Assembly (NCBI GenBank): GCA_964612505.1
Contig: CAZTEX010000011.1
Span: forward strand, 1,441 to 65,440
Reading direction: 5' to 3'
Origin: an uncultured bacterium
Lineage (GTDB): Bacteria; Chlamydiota; Chlamydiia; Chlamydiales; JAAZZY01
Length of the DNA: 64,000 nucleotides
The notes beneath the pieces are model-generated. The model did not search any database. It had not been told where the DNA came from and saw nothing but the letters and a program-made list of their open reading frames with translations. Positions within the stretch are counted from its first letter, which is position 1. The number at the start of each line of letters is the position of its first letter. The translations under genes and the position numbers were made by a program. Shown in pieces: positions 17,879-27,018 of the stretch.

Positions 17879-18697
17879 TTACCAATCATTATTCTGTTCA
17901 TAGCCCAAATCAATGATTTCTTGGCCAAGAAGCTGCTTACACATTGCTTTCATATCTTCATCAAAATATTGTTCCCAACTATGAATGTGTCCTTGTCTGA
18001 ACGTTGGGCCTGTTCCATAAATTGATTTACCAATTTGATCGATTTGGTCGCTACTTAAACTTGGCTCTCCTTTTAGAAATATGGCTAATTTACGAATGCT
18101 TTCTCTTTGCATTTGATCATTGCCCCCTCCGTTGCTTCCTACCAGATCTTCATAGCGCATAACAAGGTAATCTTTATTAGACTGCCCAAGTTCTTTAATA
18201 GTTGAGACTGCTTTCTTGATATCGTAAATAGGCGTTGGTATATATTGCCCTTGCAAAGCTCTTCTAAGGTAAATAGTAATACGTTTTTTTATAGCCATAT
18301 CATGAAAAGGAAAGAGGGGATTAATCCCTTCTGGTTTTGAAGGATCCATGTATTTGTATTCTTTATAATAAAATGCAGCAGCAACAAGAATACTGCGTGG
18401 ATCTCTCACATGAATAATCAGCTTTTGGGTATCTAAGGAAGAGAGGATATGTTCAACAACTTGGGGATGACAAAAATGGGTGCCAATAAAATACTTATTG
18501 TTAATGAACCTAAGATCTCCAAGCTTGGGGATATACATCCTATCTTTGTTTGTTAATAAATAAATGCAGTGCGAAGAAAGATGAGTTCCCGATTTTGCAA
18601 TACTAATGAAAGAGAAATCATTTTTTGCAACGGAAGCATTTAAATTTGTAAACGCTGTTACTAAAAGTAAGAGAACAGTTAATTTTAAACTTTTCAT
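17879..18697 (-). CDS. sulfotransferase-family protein with N-terminal signal peptide/anchor
   Basis: A 5'-PSB-like motif (SIAKSGTHL) and a 3'-PB-like motif (HVRDPRSILVAAAFY) sit at the spacing typical of PAPS sulfotransferases. The hydrophobic N-terminus is MKSLKLTVLLLLVTAFTNLNA. I prefer ATG 18697 over the track's TTG at 18736. Confidence 0.6.
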   Translation of the reverse strand: MKSLKLTVLLLLVTAFTNLNASVAKNDFSFISIAKSGTHLSSHCIYLLTNKDRMYIPKLGDLRFINNKYFIGTHFCHPQVVEHILSSLDTQKLIIHVRDPRSILVAAAFYYKEYKYMDPSKPEGINPLFPFHDMAIKKRITIYLRRALQGQYIPTPIYDIKKAVSTIKELGQSNKDYLVMRYEDLVGSNGGGNDQMQRESIRKLAIFLKGEPSLSSDQIDQIGKSIYGTGPTFRQGHIHSWEQYFDEDMKAMCKQLLGQEIIDLGYEQNNDW

Positions 18698-18788
18698 CGA
18701 AATTTGAAAAAAACAAAAAGAAAATTTTAAATTCAAATATCTTTGAAAAGCAAGTTAAAATTGGCTTAGAGAAAAGTTTTTTGAGCGT

Positions 18789-20036
18789 TTAATATACAGA
18801 TTTAGATCTTTTATTTGTAAACATCCAAAGAGCAATCGCTGCTATGGCAACAAAAGCGCCTCCCAGAATGAGCGGCATGGTAATAAAATATCCTGCCAAG
18901 AAACCACCTAGCAAGCTTGTAATTACTTCTCCTAGTATTTGCATAGAGTAATTCACTCCCATTACCTCTCCTTGCATTTCTTCAGAGACGCTATGAGAGA
19001 CAAAGCTTTGTAAATTGGTCGTTGCAATAGAGAGAAAGAGAGCTGCACAAGGAAGAGCTACATAGATAACAAATCTATAATGTTCTGTCGTTAAAGCAAT
19101 TAAGCTTGGAGCTAATAAAAAAGCAGAAAAAATTACCGCATTTCTTGATCTAACATGTTTTGCAAGAGCTCTAACAATGCAAAACTGACTAAATGCAATA
19201 ATCACGGCGACATAGGCAGAAATGTTGGCAATGTCAGAAGAATCGTATTTAAATCGGTTTACTAGTAAGGCGGGAAAATATTGATAGAAGAAAAAAAGGC
19301 CGAAATAAAAAAGAAAATTAATGACATAAAGTCTGCGACAACCTGCTTTAGCAAAGTTGCGATATAAAATGGCAAGCCCCGATAAAAGATGAACTTTGTG
19401 ATTGGGGTCTCTTGTGCTTTTGGGTTTTGTTTCTGGTAACTGCCAAAAGACCATCGCTAAAGTAATCAAAGCTAAAATGGCCGAAAACCAAAAAGGCATA
19501 TCGTCACCAAACCAAGAAACAAGTTCTGGATCTGCAAGCTTTCCCCCTATAATGGGTCCTATCACAAACCCAAGTCCGGCAGCCATATTAATAATGCCAA
19601 AGTTTTTAACTCGTTGATGGCCACTACTAATATCGGCCGCAGTCGATTGAGCAATTGAAAAATTTCCTTCGGCATACCCGCAGACAAATCGGCTTAAAAT
19701 AAGAAGCCAATAAGAGTGCATGATCACACCAATAGCGCTTACTAAATAGGCTAAGAAAGTGACGCAAAGGGTAATTAATAAAATGCCACGTCTGCCGTAA
19801 TGATCTGAAAGCGTTCCTAAAAGAGGCAATCCTAAGAATTGACCTACCGGGTAGGAAGCCAGCGCGCATCCTAAAAGAACTGTACGCATAGCCATCGAGG
19901 TGTCGATTGGTAAAAAACGATGACAGGGATCTAGAAACATCGGTGAAAAGATTGGGAAGGCTAAGCTAAATCCAACATAACCAAAAAAGACCACCGTAAA
20001 AACGGGGAACATAGGATGTTTTTTTATTCGTCTCAT
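18789..20036 (-). CDS. MFS transporter
   Basis: 415 aa with about 12 hydrophobic segments. MFS motif A is present: GTLSDHYGRRGILLI. Confidence 0.85.
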   Translation of the reverse strand: MRRIKKHPMFPVFTVVFFGYVGFSLAFPIFSPMFLDPCHRFLPIDTSMAMRTVLLGCALASYPVGQFLGLPLLGTLSDHYGRRGILLITLCVTFLAYLVSAIGVIMHSYWLLILSRFVCGYAEGNFSIAQSTAADISSGHQRVKNFGIINMAAGLGFVIGPIIGGKLADPELVSWFGDDMPFWFSAILALITLAMVFWQLPETKPKSTRDPNHKVHLLSGLAILYRNFAKAGCRRLYVINFLFYFGLFFFYQYFPALLVNRFKYDSSDIANISAYVAVIIAFSQFCIVRALAKHVRSRNAVIFSAFLLAPSLIALTTEHYRFVIYVALPCAALFLSIATTNLQSFVSHSVSEEMQGEVMGVNYSMQILGEVITSLLGGFLAGYFITMPLILGGAFVAIAAIALWMFTNKRSKSVY

Positions 20037-20039
20037 GCT

Positions 20040-22595
20040 TTATTTGGATAACATTTTTCGTAAAAATTGACCAGTATAAGAACTTTTAATCAGGCAAATT
20101 TCTTCTGGAGTCCCTTGAGCAATAATTTGCCCTCCTTTGTCGCCCCCTTCAGGTCCTAGATCAATAATATGGTCAGCCACTTTAATGACATCCAAATTAT
20201 GTTCTATGACAATCATAGTATTGCCTTTATCCACTAGGCAATTCAGTACATGAATTAAGCGATCTACATCGGCAAAATGTAAGCCGGTGGTTGGCTCATC
20301 TAAAATGTAAAGGGTTTTGCCTGTTCCTCTTTTACTGAGTTCTCTGGCCAGCTTAATGCGCTGAGCTTCTCCTCCAGATAAGGTAATGGCAGATTGTCCG
20401 AGTTCAATATAGCCTAGTCCCACGCTTAAAAGCACATCGACTTTATTTTTGATCTGAGGAACATGTTCAAAGAAGTTGGAAGCCTCTTCTAAAGTCATCT
20501 TTAAAACATCTGCAATGTGTTTTCCTTTATATTGGACAGAAAGTGTTTCGGTATTAAATCGCTTACCATTGCATTCTTCACAAGTGACATAGACATCCGG
20601 CATGAAGTGCATTTCAATTTTAATTTTCCCACTGCCTTCACAGGCTTCACAGCGTCCACCTTTCACGTTAAAAGAAAAGCGACCTATTTGATACCCTTTG
20701 ATCTGAGCGGCAGGAAGTTGTGAAAATAAATCGCGAATATGGTCAAAAATCCCTGTATAAGTAGCGGGGTTTGATCTGGGAGTTCGTCCAATAGGAGATT
20801 GATCAATCATAATTACTTTATCTAGGTGATCTAATCCTTCAAAACCATCGCATTGAAAGAGGGCTTTGCGATCGCGGTTAAAATGGGCTTGTAATCCCTC
20901 ATACAGTAGATCATTGATTAAGGAGCTTTTTCCAGATCCAGAAACTCCTGTAACGCACGAGAACTTCCCCAAGGGGATATTCACGTTCATTTTCTTTAAA
21001 TTATTTAAATAGGGTTTTTTGATGGTGAGAGTGTGGCCATTACCTTTGCGTCGATGAGGAGGAACAGCAATAAAATTTTGCCCTCTAAGGTACTTTCCTG
21101 TTAAAGATTCTGGGCTTTTTAAAATCTCTTGATATGTTCCATTAAAAATAACCTCTCCTCCATGTACACCAGCTAACGGTCCCATGTCGATGATTTGATC
21201 GGCTCTTCGCATGGTCTCATCATCGTGTTCAATCACAACCAGTGTATTTCCAATATCACGCAGATTTTCTAAGGTTTTTAGAAGGCGTTCGTTATCTCTT
21301 TGATGCAAACCAATACTAGGCTCATCTAAGATATAGAGAACATTGACGAGTTTGGAGCCAATTTGGGTAGCGAGGCGTATACGCTGAGACTCTCCCCCAG
21401 AGAGAGTTTTAGCAGAGCGACCTAAACTAAGATAATTTAAGCCAACATCAATAAGGAATTGCAATCGTGAAAAGATCTCTTTTAAAATCTTTTCAGCAAT
21501 ACTCATTTGCAAACTGCTGAGTTTTACTTTTTGAATAAATAGATTTAAATCTTCAATAGCCATGTTGCAAACTTCAGCCATGTTTTTTTGGCCATAAGTT
21601 ACTGAAAGCGCTTCATTATTCAACCTGGATCCATGGCATGCATCACATTCTAGTTCTGCGAGTGCCTCTTCAATTTTCTCTTTGATGGTCTGGGATTGCG
21701 TTCGTTGATATCTCCATAAGAGTTTAGGAAGGGCGCGCGCTTGTTTAGGTATAGAGCCTAGCCCACTGCATTTGGCGCAAGCACCATAAGGACTGTTAAA
21801 AGAAAAGAGTCTTGGAGAAATTTCTTTAAAGCTATAGCCACAGCTAATGCAGGCAAATTTTTCTGAGAAGACCTCATCTTTATCTTCACAGCTAATGGTA
21901 ATAGTACCCTTGCCTACTTTGGAGGCTGTTTCTAAAGACTCAGCAAGTCTTGCTCGGATGCCTTCTGCTATTTGCAAGCGGTCAACAACGACTTCAATAG
22001 TGTGGGTCTTATAGCGCTCTAATGAGACGTTTTCTTCGAGTTTAACAATTTCTCCATTGATTCGGGCTCGTAAAAACCCCGCTTGTATCAAGTGATCTAG
22101 AACATCTTTATGTTGTCCTTTGACCCCTTGAATGATGCTTGCTAAAACAATAATTTTTTTGTTTTGATAGCGCTCAAGAATATGATTGGTAATGTGCTCT
22201 AGTGATTGCTTGGAAATGGGCAATTTGCAGTTAGGGCAATGAGCTTGACCAACTCTAGCAAATAGCAATCTCAAATAGTCATAAATTTCTGTGACGGTTC
22301 CGACTGTAGAACGAGGATTTTTAGTGCCCGATTTTTGATCAATTGCAATGACAGGTGAGAGTCCTTCAATTTCGTCCACATTGGGTTTGTCCATTAATCC
22401 CAAAAATTGTCTCGCATAAGAGGAGAGAGATTCGACAAAGCGTCTTTGACCTTCAGCGTACAGAGTATCCATGACTAGCGAAGATTTCCCTGAGCCGCTA
22501 AGGCCTGTAACAACGACCAGTTTATGTCTTTGGATCACGACATCTATATTTTTTAAATTGTGCTCTTTGGCACCTTTAATGATGATATCTTGCAT
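20040..22595 (-). CDS. uvrA: excinuclease ABC subunit A, short form lacking the insertion domain
   Basis: 851 aa. Two ABC modules (GLSGSGKSSL, GVSGSGKSSL, two LSGGE signatures), zinc modules, and near-identity to canonical UvrA over long stretches (..LYAEGQRRFVESLSSYARQFLG.., ..DQSPIGRTPRSNPATYTG..). Confidence 0.95.
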   Translation of the reverse strand: MQDIIIKGAKEHNLKNIDVVIQRHKLVVVTGLSGSGKSSLVMDTLYAEGQRRFVESLSSYARQFLGLMDKPNVDEIEGLSPVIAIDQKSGTKNPRSTVGTVTEIYDYLRLLFARVGQAHCPNCKLPISKQSLEHITNHILERYQNKKIIVLASIIQGVKGQHKDVLDHLIQAGFLRARINGEIVKLEENVSLERYKTHTIEVVVDRLQIAEGIRARLAESLETASKVGKGTITISCEDKDEVFSEKFACISCGYSFKEISPRLFSFNSPYGACAKCSGLGSIPKQARALPKLLWRYQRTQSQTIKEKIEEALAELECDACHGSRLNNEALSVTYGQKNMAEVCNMAIEDLNLFIQKVKLSSLQMSIAEKILKEIFSRLQFLIDVGLNYLSLGRSAKTLSGGESQRIRLATQIGSKLVNVLYILDEPSIGLHQRDNERLLKTLENLRDIGNTLVVIEHDDETMRRADQIIDMGPLAGVHGGEVIFNGTYQEILKSPESLTGKYLRGQNFIAVPPHRRKGNGHTLTIKKPYLNNLKKMNVNIPLGKFSCVTGVSGSGKSSLINDLLYEGLQAHFNRDRKALFQCDGFEGLDHLDKVIMIDQSPIGRTPRSNPATYTGIFDHIRDLFSQLPAAQIKGYQIGRFSFNVKGGRCEACEGSGKIKIEMHFMPDVYVTCEECNGKRFNTETLSVQYKGKHIADVLKMTLEEASNFFEHVPQIKNKVDVLLSVGLGYIELGQSAITLSGGEAQRIKLARELSKRGTGKTLYILDEPTTGLHFADVDRLIHVLNCLVDKGNTMIVIEHNLDVIKVADHIIDLGPEGGDKGGQIIAQGTPEEICLIKSSYTGQFLRKMLSK

Positions 22596-22618
22596 AGCTT
22601 TATGATTATAAGTTTGGA

Positions 22619-23863
22619 TTAAAGATTATCTTTGTTTATCCATAACTCTGCAAGAGTGTAATTGACCGTCCGTTGAATAATTGTTTGACGATCTCCAGAA
22701 AGCTGCATATTTTGTCGGAGTAATATTTTATTTTTATAGGCAATCGCCATCCAAACATAGCCTACAGGCTTTTGCGCAGTTCCCCCTGTGGGCCCTGCAA
22801 TGCCAGAGGTGGCAAAGGCCAGGTCAGTTTTAAAAAGCTTTTGAACCCCTTTGGCCATTTCAATAACACATTCTTCGCTGACAGCTCCCTTTTTTTGGAG
22901 GGTCTCTTTTTTGACTTTTAAAATTTTTTGTTTAGCTTCGTTAGTATAGCTGACGATGCTCCCTTTTAAAAATTCAGAGGCTCCGCCAAGTCCTGTTAAA
23001 AGAGCCGATAAAGCCCCGCCCGTGCAAGATTCAGCGATGGATAAAGAAAGTTTCTTTTTTTTCAGTAAATCATGGATGGCCTCTTCAATGTTTTGAAATT
23101 TTCCATCAAACCAGTGCTGAGGAAATTCTTTTTTGACAGCAGCTAGACAAGAATTGAGCGACTTATTGGCCTCGCTTTGTGTGGAGGCGCTGACTTTAAA
23201 ATGCAGAGAAAGAATACCTAAGTGAGGATAAATACCCACTCTTAATTTGGGATCCTTTTTTAAGAGAAGATCTAAAAAAGGGGTGATGTGACTTTCTGCG
23301 ACCCTACATAAGTGAATGACTTTCTTGTATTCTTTAATCTGAATAGGGAAATACTTTTTCAAATATGGGATCAGATTATGATCTACTAAGTGTCGAAATT
23401 CATAGGGAACGCCAGGAAGTAAAATGAGCTTTTTTTGATCCTTTGTGAAGATAAAGCCAGGAGCCATTCCTAGTTGGTCAAGCATGAGTTCTGCTTTTTT
23501 AGGAACATTGGCAAAAGGCAGAATGATTTTTTTGTCAGCGATCTTCCCATATCGCTTTTCAAGATTTTTTAAGAGCTCTTTGTGAATATGAAATTCTGAA
23601 TTAAAAAGAGAAGCTGCAACTTTTAAAGTGATATCATCTTGGGTAGGTCCAAGCCCTCCGCTGCAGATGACAACATCTGAGCGTGCTAAAGATTGATTAA
23701 ACTGATCTATGAGCGCTTTTTCTTGATCGAGGATCGAGCATTGAAAAGAGGGTAAGTAGCCAGTCTTATAGAGCTTTTTACAAACATAGGTCACATTTGT
23801 ATTTTGAATTTGTCCTTCTAGGAGCTCATTGCCGATGGTAATAATCTCAATCAGAGCGTTCAT
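22619..23863 (-). CDS. cinA: CinA family protein (MoCF-binding domain + NMN amidohydrolase PncC-like domain)
   Basis: 414 aa. N-terminal ..EIITIGNELLEGQIQNTN..GGLGPTQDDIT.. and C-terminal ..SIAESCTGGAL..SGIAGPTGGT..KPVGYVW.. Confidence 0.9.
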   Translation of the reverse strand: MNALIEIITIGNELLEGQIQNTNVTYVCKKLYKTGYLPSFQCSILDQEKALIDQFNQSLARSDVVICSGGLGPTQDDITLKVAASLFNSEFHIHKELLKNLEKRYGKIADKKIILPFANVPKKAELMLDQLGMAPGFIFTKDQKKLILLPGVPYEFRHLVDHNLIPYLKKYFPIQIKEYKKVIHLCRVAESHITPFLDLLLKKDPKLRVGIYPHLGILSLHFKVSASTQSEANKSLNSCLAAVKKEFPQHWFDGKFQNIEEAIHDLLKKKKLSLSIAESCTGGALSALLTGLGGASEFLKGSIVSYTNEAKQKILKVKKETLQKKGAVSEECVIEMAKGVQKLFKTDLAFATSGIAGPTGGTAQKPVGYVWMAIAYKNKILLRQNMQLSGDRQTIIQRTVNYTLAELWINKDNL

Positions 23864-24564
23864 AAGCCAACCTTGAGTTGATATTGATCAAATTGAGGAT
23901 GTTGATGAATCCACTTCGAACAATTTTTGCCTAATCTTATCGGGAGATTGATTTTTTTTGAATGAATAATAAAAGGGGTAGGTCGCGTATGATGACGGAT
24001 CCATTCTCTTAAAGACTTAAACATTTTTCCTAAGGGGTGCTCTTGAAAGCTAATAGTTTCTACCTCATGTGATTCGATCTGCTGCACAATCTGTGGGCAG
24101 GAAAAACGCATTCCCCAAAGGACTCCTTGAGAAAGCCCTGGCATAGGGCGAATCGAGTGATCTACAGGAGAAACAATAAGAGTAATCGGTTTAATTTCGA
24201 TATAAGGGGATTTAAAAATGAGAGCTTTTTTTTCTTGGGTGATCGGTTTTAGATAAACGCCTGATAAATGAGGCATCATCATCAAATAGAAAAACTTTTT
24301 TTGTTCTTGGATTTCAGTTATTTTGCCTCTCTGAAGAGAACCAATATACCCTTGATAGGCTAAAAGAAATTCAGAGGAGCTCAAAAGATAGGGAGTTTGA
24401 GGGTTAGCATTTTGAGGGGAAATGAGAAAAAAAGGATCGAGTTGCTGAATTAAGTCGCTCATTTCTTCAATGTCTAGAAGGACATCCACCGAAATCCACT
24501 TGGAAAGACGATTAGAAATCTTTGTGTCTTCAGAATGGAGAGGAATCGAAGGGTTTGGATTCAT
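23860..24564 (-). CDS. hypothetical protein
   Basis: 234-aa ORF wedged between lspA and cinA, with a 35-nt overlap on one side and a 4-nt overlap on the other. No recognisable motif. Confidence 0.5.
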   Translation of the reverse strand: MNPNPSIPLHSEDTKISNRLSKWISVDVLLDIEEMSDLIQQLDPFFLISPQNANPQTPYLLSSSEFLLAYQGYIGSLQRGKITEIQEQKKFFYLMMMPHLSGVYLKPITQEKKALIFKSPYIEIKPITLIVSPVDHSIRPMPGLSQGVLWGMRFSCPQIVQQIESHEVETISFQEHPLGKMFKSLREWIRHHTRPTPFIIHSKKINLPIRLGKNCSKWIHQHPQFDQYQLKVGL

Positions 24565-25093
24565 TTTTATAAGAAGGGGTTGGAGAGGTTTGCTTTCCCC
24601 CTTTTAGATTTAAGATGCACAGCCAAGCTACACCTAGAAAAATAAATGAGTCTGCGATGTTAAAAACAGGGAAATCATATCCCCAAAATTGAAAGAAAAA
24701 TAGATCGATCACGTGACCATAAAAGAGTGAATCTAAAATATTGCCCATGGCGCCAGAGATAATGAGAATAAAGGGAATTTGGCTCTGCGCATTTTTATTA
24801 AACAAGATCAAATACAAAGATAAAATAGCAATAACGGTAATTCGTACATAAAGAAGTGTTTGATGGGAATCGGGAAAAAGTCCCCAAGCAGCACCAGAAT
24901 TGGTTTGATGAGTGATTGAGAAGCTAATCCCAAAAAAATCTTCAAAAATGCCAAAGCCTCCAAAAGGGAAAGGGAGCATATGGCGCTGCATGAGTGGTAA
25001 AAAAGCTTGCGAGAGCCATTTAGTAATGACATCGACAGCTAAGATAGATGAAAAAATTGCAACTAAGAGTTTAGCGCGTGATTTTTCGATCAT
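24530..25093 (-). CDS. lspA: lipoprotein signal peptidase (signal peptidase II)
   Basis: 187 aa with four TM segments. Motifs ..NSGAAWG.. and ..FNIADSFIFLG.. Confidence 0.9.
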   Translation of the reverse strand: MIEKSRAKLLVAIFSSILAVDVITKWLSQAFLPLMQRHMLPFPFGGFGIFEDFFGISFSITHQTNSGAAWGLFPDSHQTLLYVRITVIAILSLYLILFNKNAQSQIPFILIISGAMGNILDSLFYGHVIDLFFFQFWGYDFPVFNIADSFIFLGVAWLCILNLKGGKQTSPTPSYKNESKPFDSSPF

Positions 25094-25467
25094 ATGAGTC
25101 CTTTCTCAAACTTTTCTTGGGCTTTAACAGTCATTGAAGCATAAGGAATCGCTTCAAGCCTCGCTTTGGGAATTTCATCTCCACTTAAGTCGCAGATTCC
25201 GTAAGTATGTTCGTCAATTTTAGAAAGAGCTCTTTCTATTTGTTTTAAAATACCCATTTCTTTGCCAGTGACTTCGATATTAATGGTGCGATCAAAATCA
25301 TCAGTTCCTTGATCAGCTTGATGTTGTGAATAGCCTGTTGCATCATCGGGCTGTTTGACCTGCTGAGAAGCATTCTCAAGAGAGAGGGAAAGTTGGTCAC
25401 GCATCTCTTCTAAAATCTTTTTAAACGTTTCTATTTCTTTTGGTTTTAAAGGCATTGAAGTCCTCAA
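25090..25467 (-). CDS. dksA: DksA/TraR-family protein with degenerate zinc finger
   Basis: 125 aa. A coiled-coil N-terminal part is followed by ..HTYGICDLSGDEIPKARLEAIPYASMTVKAQE.., which aligns with the DksA C4 finger but keeps only one Cys. Confidence 0.7.
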   Translation of the reverse strand: MRTSMPLKPKEIETFKKILEEMRDQLSLSLENASQQVKQPDDATGYSQHQADQGTDDFDRTINIEVTGKEMGILKQIERALSKIDEHTYGICDLSGDEIPKARLEAIPYASMTVKAQEKFEKGLI

Positions 25468-25496
25468 GTTATTTTCAATATGTACAGCCTATACTG

Positions 25497-25967
25497 CTAG
25501 GTTTTATTTTTAACAATATCTTTTTCATTTAACGAAGCAATAGCATCCATGAGTTCATCGATGTCCTTAAAGCGTCGATAGACACAAGCAAAACGAATAT
25601 AGGCAATATCATCTAGTTCTTTGAGCTTGTGCATGACCATTTCGCCAATTTCTTGAGTCGAGATTTCTCTAGAGGAGCGCTCCATAATTTTGGCGGTGAT
25701 TTGCAGCGCAATTCCTCTGGCTTGATCACGGCTAATGCGTGTGTGCTGACAAGATGCCATGATTCCTTGTAATAATTTATGTTCTTGGAAATCTTCGTAG
25801 CGACCGTCTTTTTTATGCACTTGGAGTAAGAGTTCTACAGTTTCAAAAGTTGTAAAGCGTTTCTCACATTTTAAGCATTCTCGTCTTCGGCGGATGGCGT
25901 TGGCTTCAGATGCGTTGCGCGAGTCTGTCACTTTAAGTTCAGGGTGGTCACAATAAGGGCATCTCAT
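25497..25967 (-). CDS. nrdR: transcriptional repressor NrdR
   Basis: 156 aa. MRCPYCDHPELKVTDSRN...CLKCEKRFTTFE zinc ribbon followed by an ATP-cone. Confidence 0.95.
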   Translation of the reverse strand: MRCPYCDHPELKVTDSRNASEANAIRRRRECLKCEKRFTTFETVELLLQVHKKDGRYEDFQEHKLLQGIMASCQHTRISRDQARGIALQITAKIMERSSREISTQEIGEMVMHKLKELDDIAYIRFACVYRRFKDIDELMDAIASLNEKDIVKNKT

Positions 25968-26199
25968 AATGCTAAAAGCTTTTTTTAAAAAATGAAGGAA
26001 ATTTTAAATGTCTACAGAATGCGGGTCAAGAGAAATCATTTTAAAGAGAGGAGGGTGTAAAATTTAAAATTTTATTTTACAAGTTTTTAATTATTTATTA
26101 AAATATCAATAGTTAATTAATAATGCATATTTGTTGTTATTAAGTTAATTATTTATTAAAATAAGTAAATATTTAATTTATAAAAAAACAAGGTGTTTT

Positions 26200-27018
26200 A
26201 TGGTTAATAGCATTCATTTATCTCAGGAGTCAGATCTTTGTCGGTTAATTCAAGCATTTGACAATTTTAAGTCAGAAAGTAATCAAAAGTTAGATCTTTT
26301 AAATCAAAAAATAAATGAATTGTATAAAAAGTTAATTGAAAAAGAGAATGACGAGCCCTGGAAGCTTACTAAGCTAGAAGAGCTAGATAGGTATCAATTT
26401 GGGGTCTATTCTTCAGATTCGCCTCTTGGAATGTTGGTCGAGCAAGGAATTTATACGAATAATATTGAGAAGATGAAAGAGCTTTTGGCGGCTCAATCAA
26501 TCGACTTAAATAAAAAATACTTAATGGTAGATGAAGATTGGGGAGGGGTTGATAGTTTGACTCCGGTGGAGTATGTGATTTGCCAGTTAAGTTCAGGAGC
26601 CCTTTCTGTTCAAGAGGCTATTGAGATGATAGAAGTATTGCTAAAATACGGGGCGAAATTGGATTCGGCAGTCGTTTTAGATATTTGTTATCACAGTGAT
26701 GAAGAAGATCGTAAAGCTATGATGGCTTATTTTGTCTCTAGAAAAGATCACCTATCTTCTTCTCTTGCTCCCATTTGCTTTAAAGAAGCGCTCGGTGGAG
26801 GGATGAATGTGATAGAAAGATTGAATTATTTGCTGCAGCTAAAAGCGCCTCTTTCTAAAGCGGAAGGCGTTTTTAATGAAGGGTTTTTTTATTATATCAA
26901 TAATTACTTAGATAATGATCAAGAGGTGTTAGAAATACTGCAAATGCTTCAAGAAAATGGTTATTGTATGCGTGAAATGTTTGATTCTAGTCGATTGGGT
27001 AGAGCGAATTTGTTATAA
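26200..27018 (+). CDS. hypothetical helical-repeat (ankyrin-like?) protein; frame continues past an in-frame TAA to 27309
   Basis: 272-aa ORF with degenerate ~33-aa helical repeats (e.g. TPVEYVICQLSSGALSVQEAIEMIEVLLKYGAKLD). The same frame stays open for 97 more codons after TAA 27016-27018, and a terminator follows at ~27336. See findings. Confidence 0.55.
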   Translation: MVNSIHLSQESDLCRLIQAFDNFKSESNQKLDLLNQKINELYKKLIEKENDEPWKLTKLEELDRYQFGVYSSDSPLGMLVEQGIYTNNIEKMKELLAAQSIDLNKKYLMVDEDWGGVDSLTPVEYVICQLSSGALSVQEAIEMIEVLLKYGAKLDSAVVLDICYHSDEEDRKAMMAYFVSRKDHLSSSLAPICFKEALGGGMNVIERLNYLLQLKAPLSKAEGVFNEGFFYYINNYLDNDQEVLEILQMLQENGYCMREMFDSSRLGRANLL

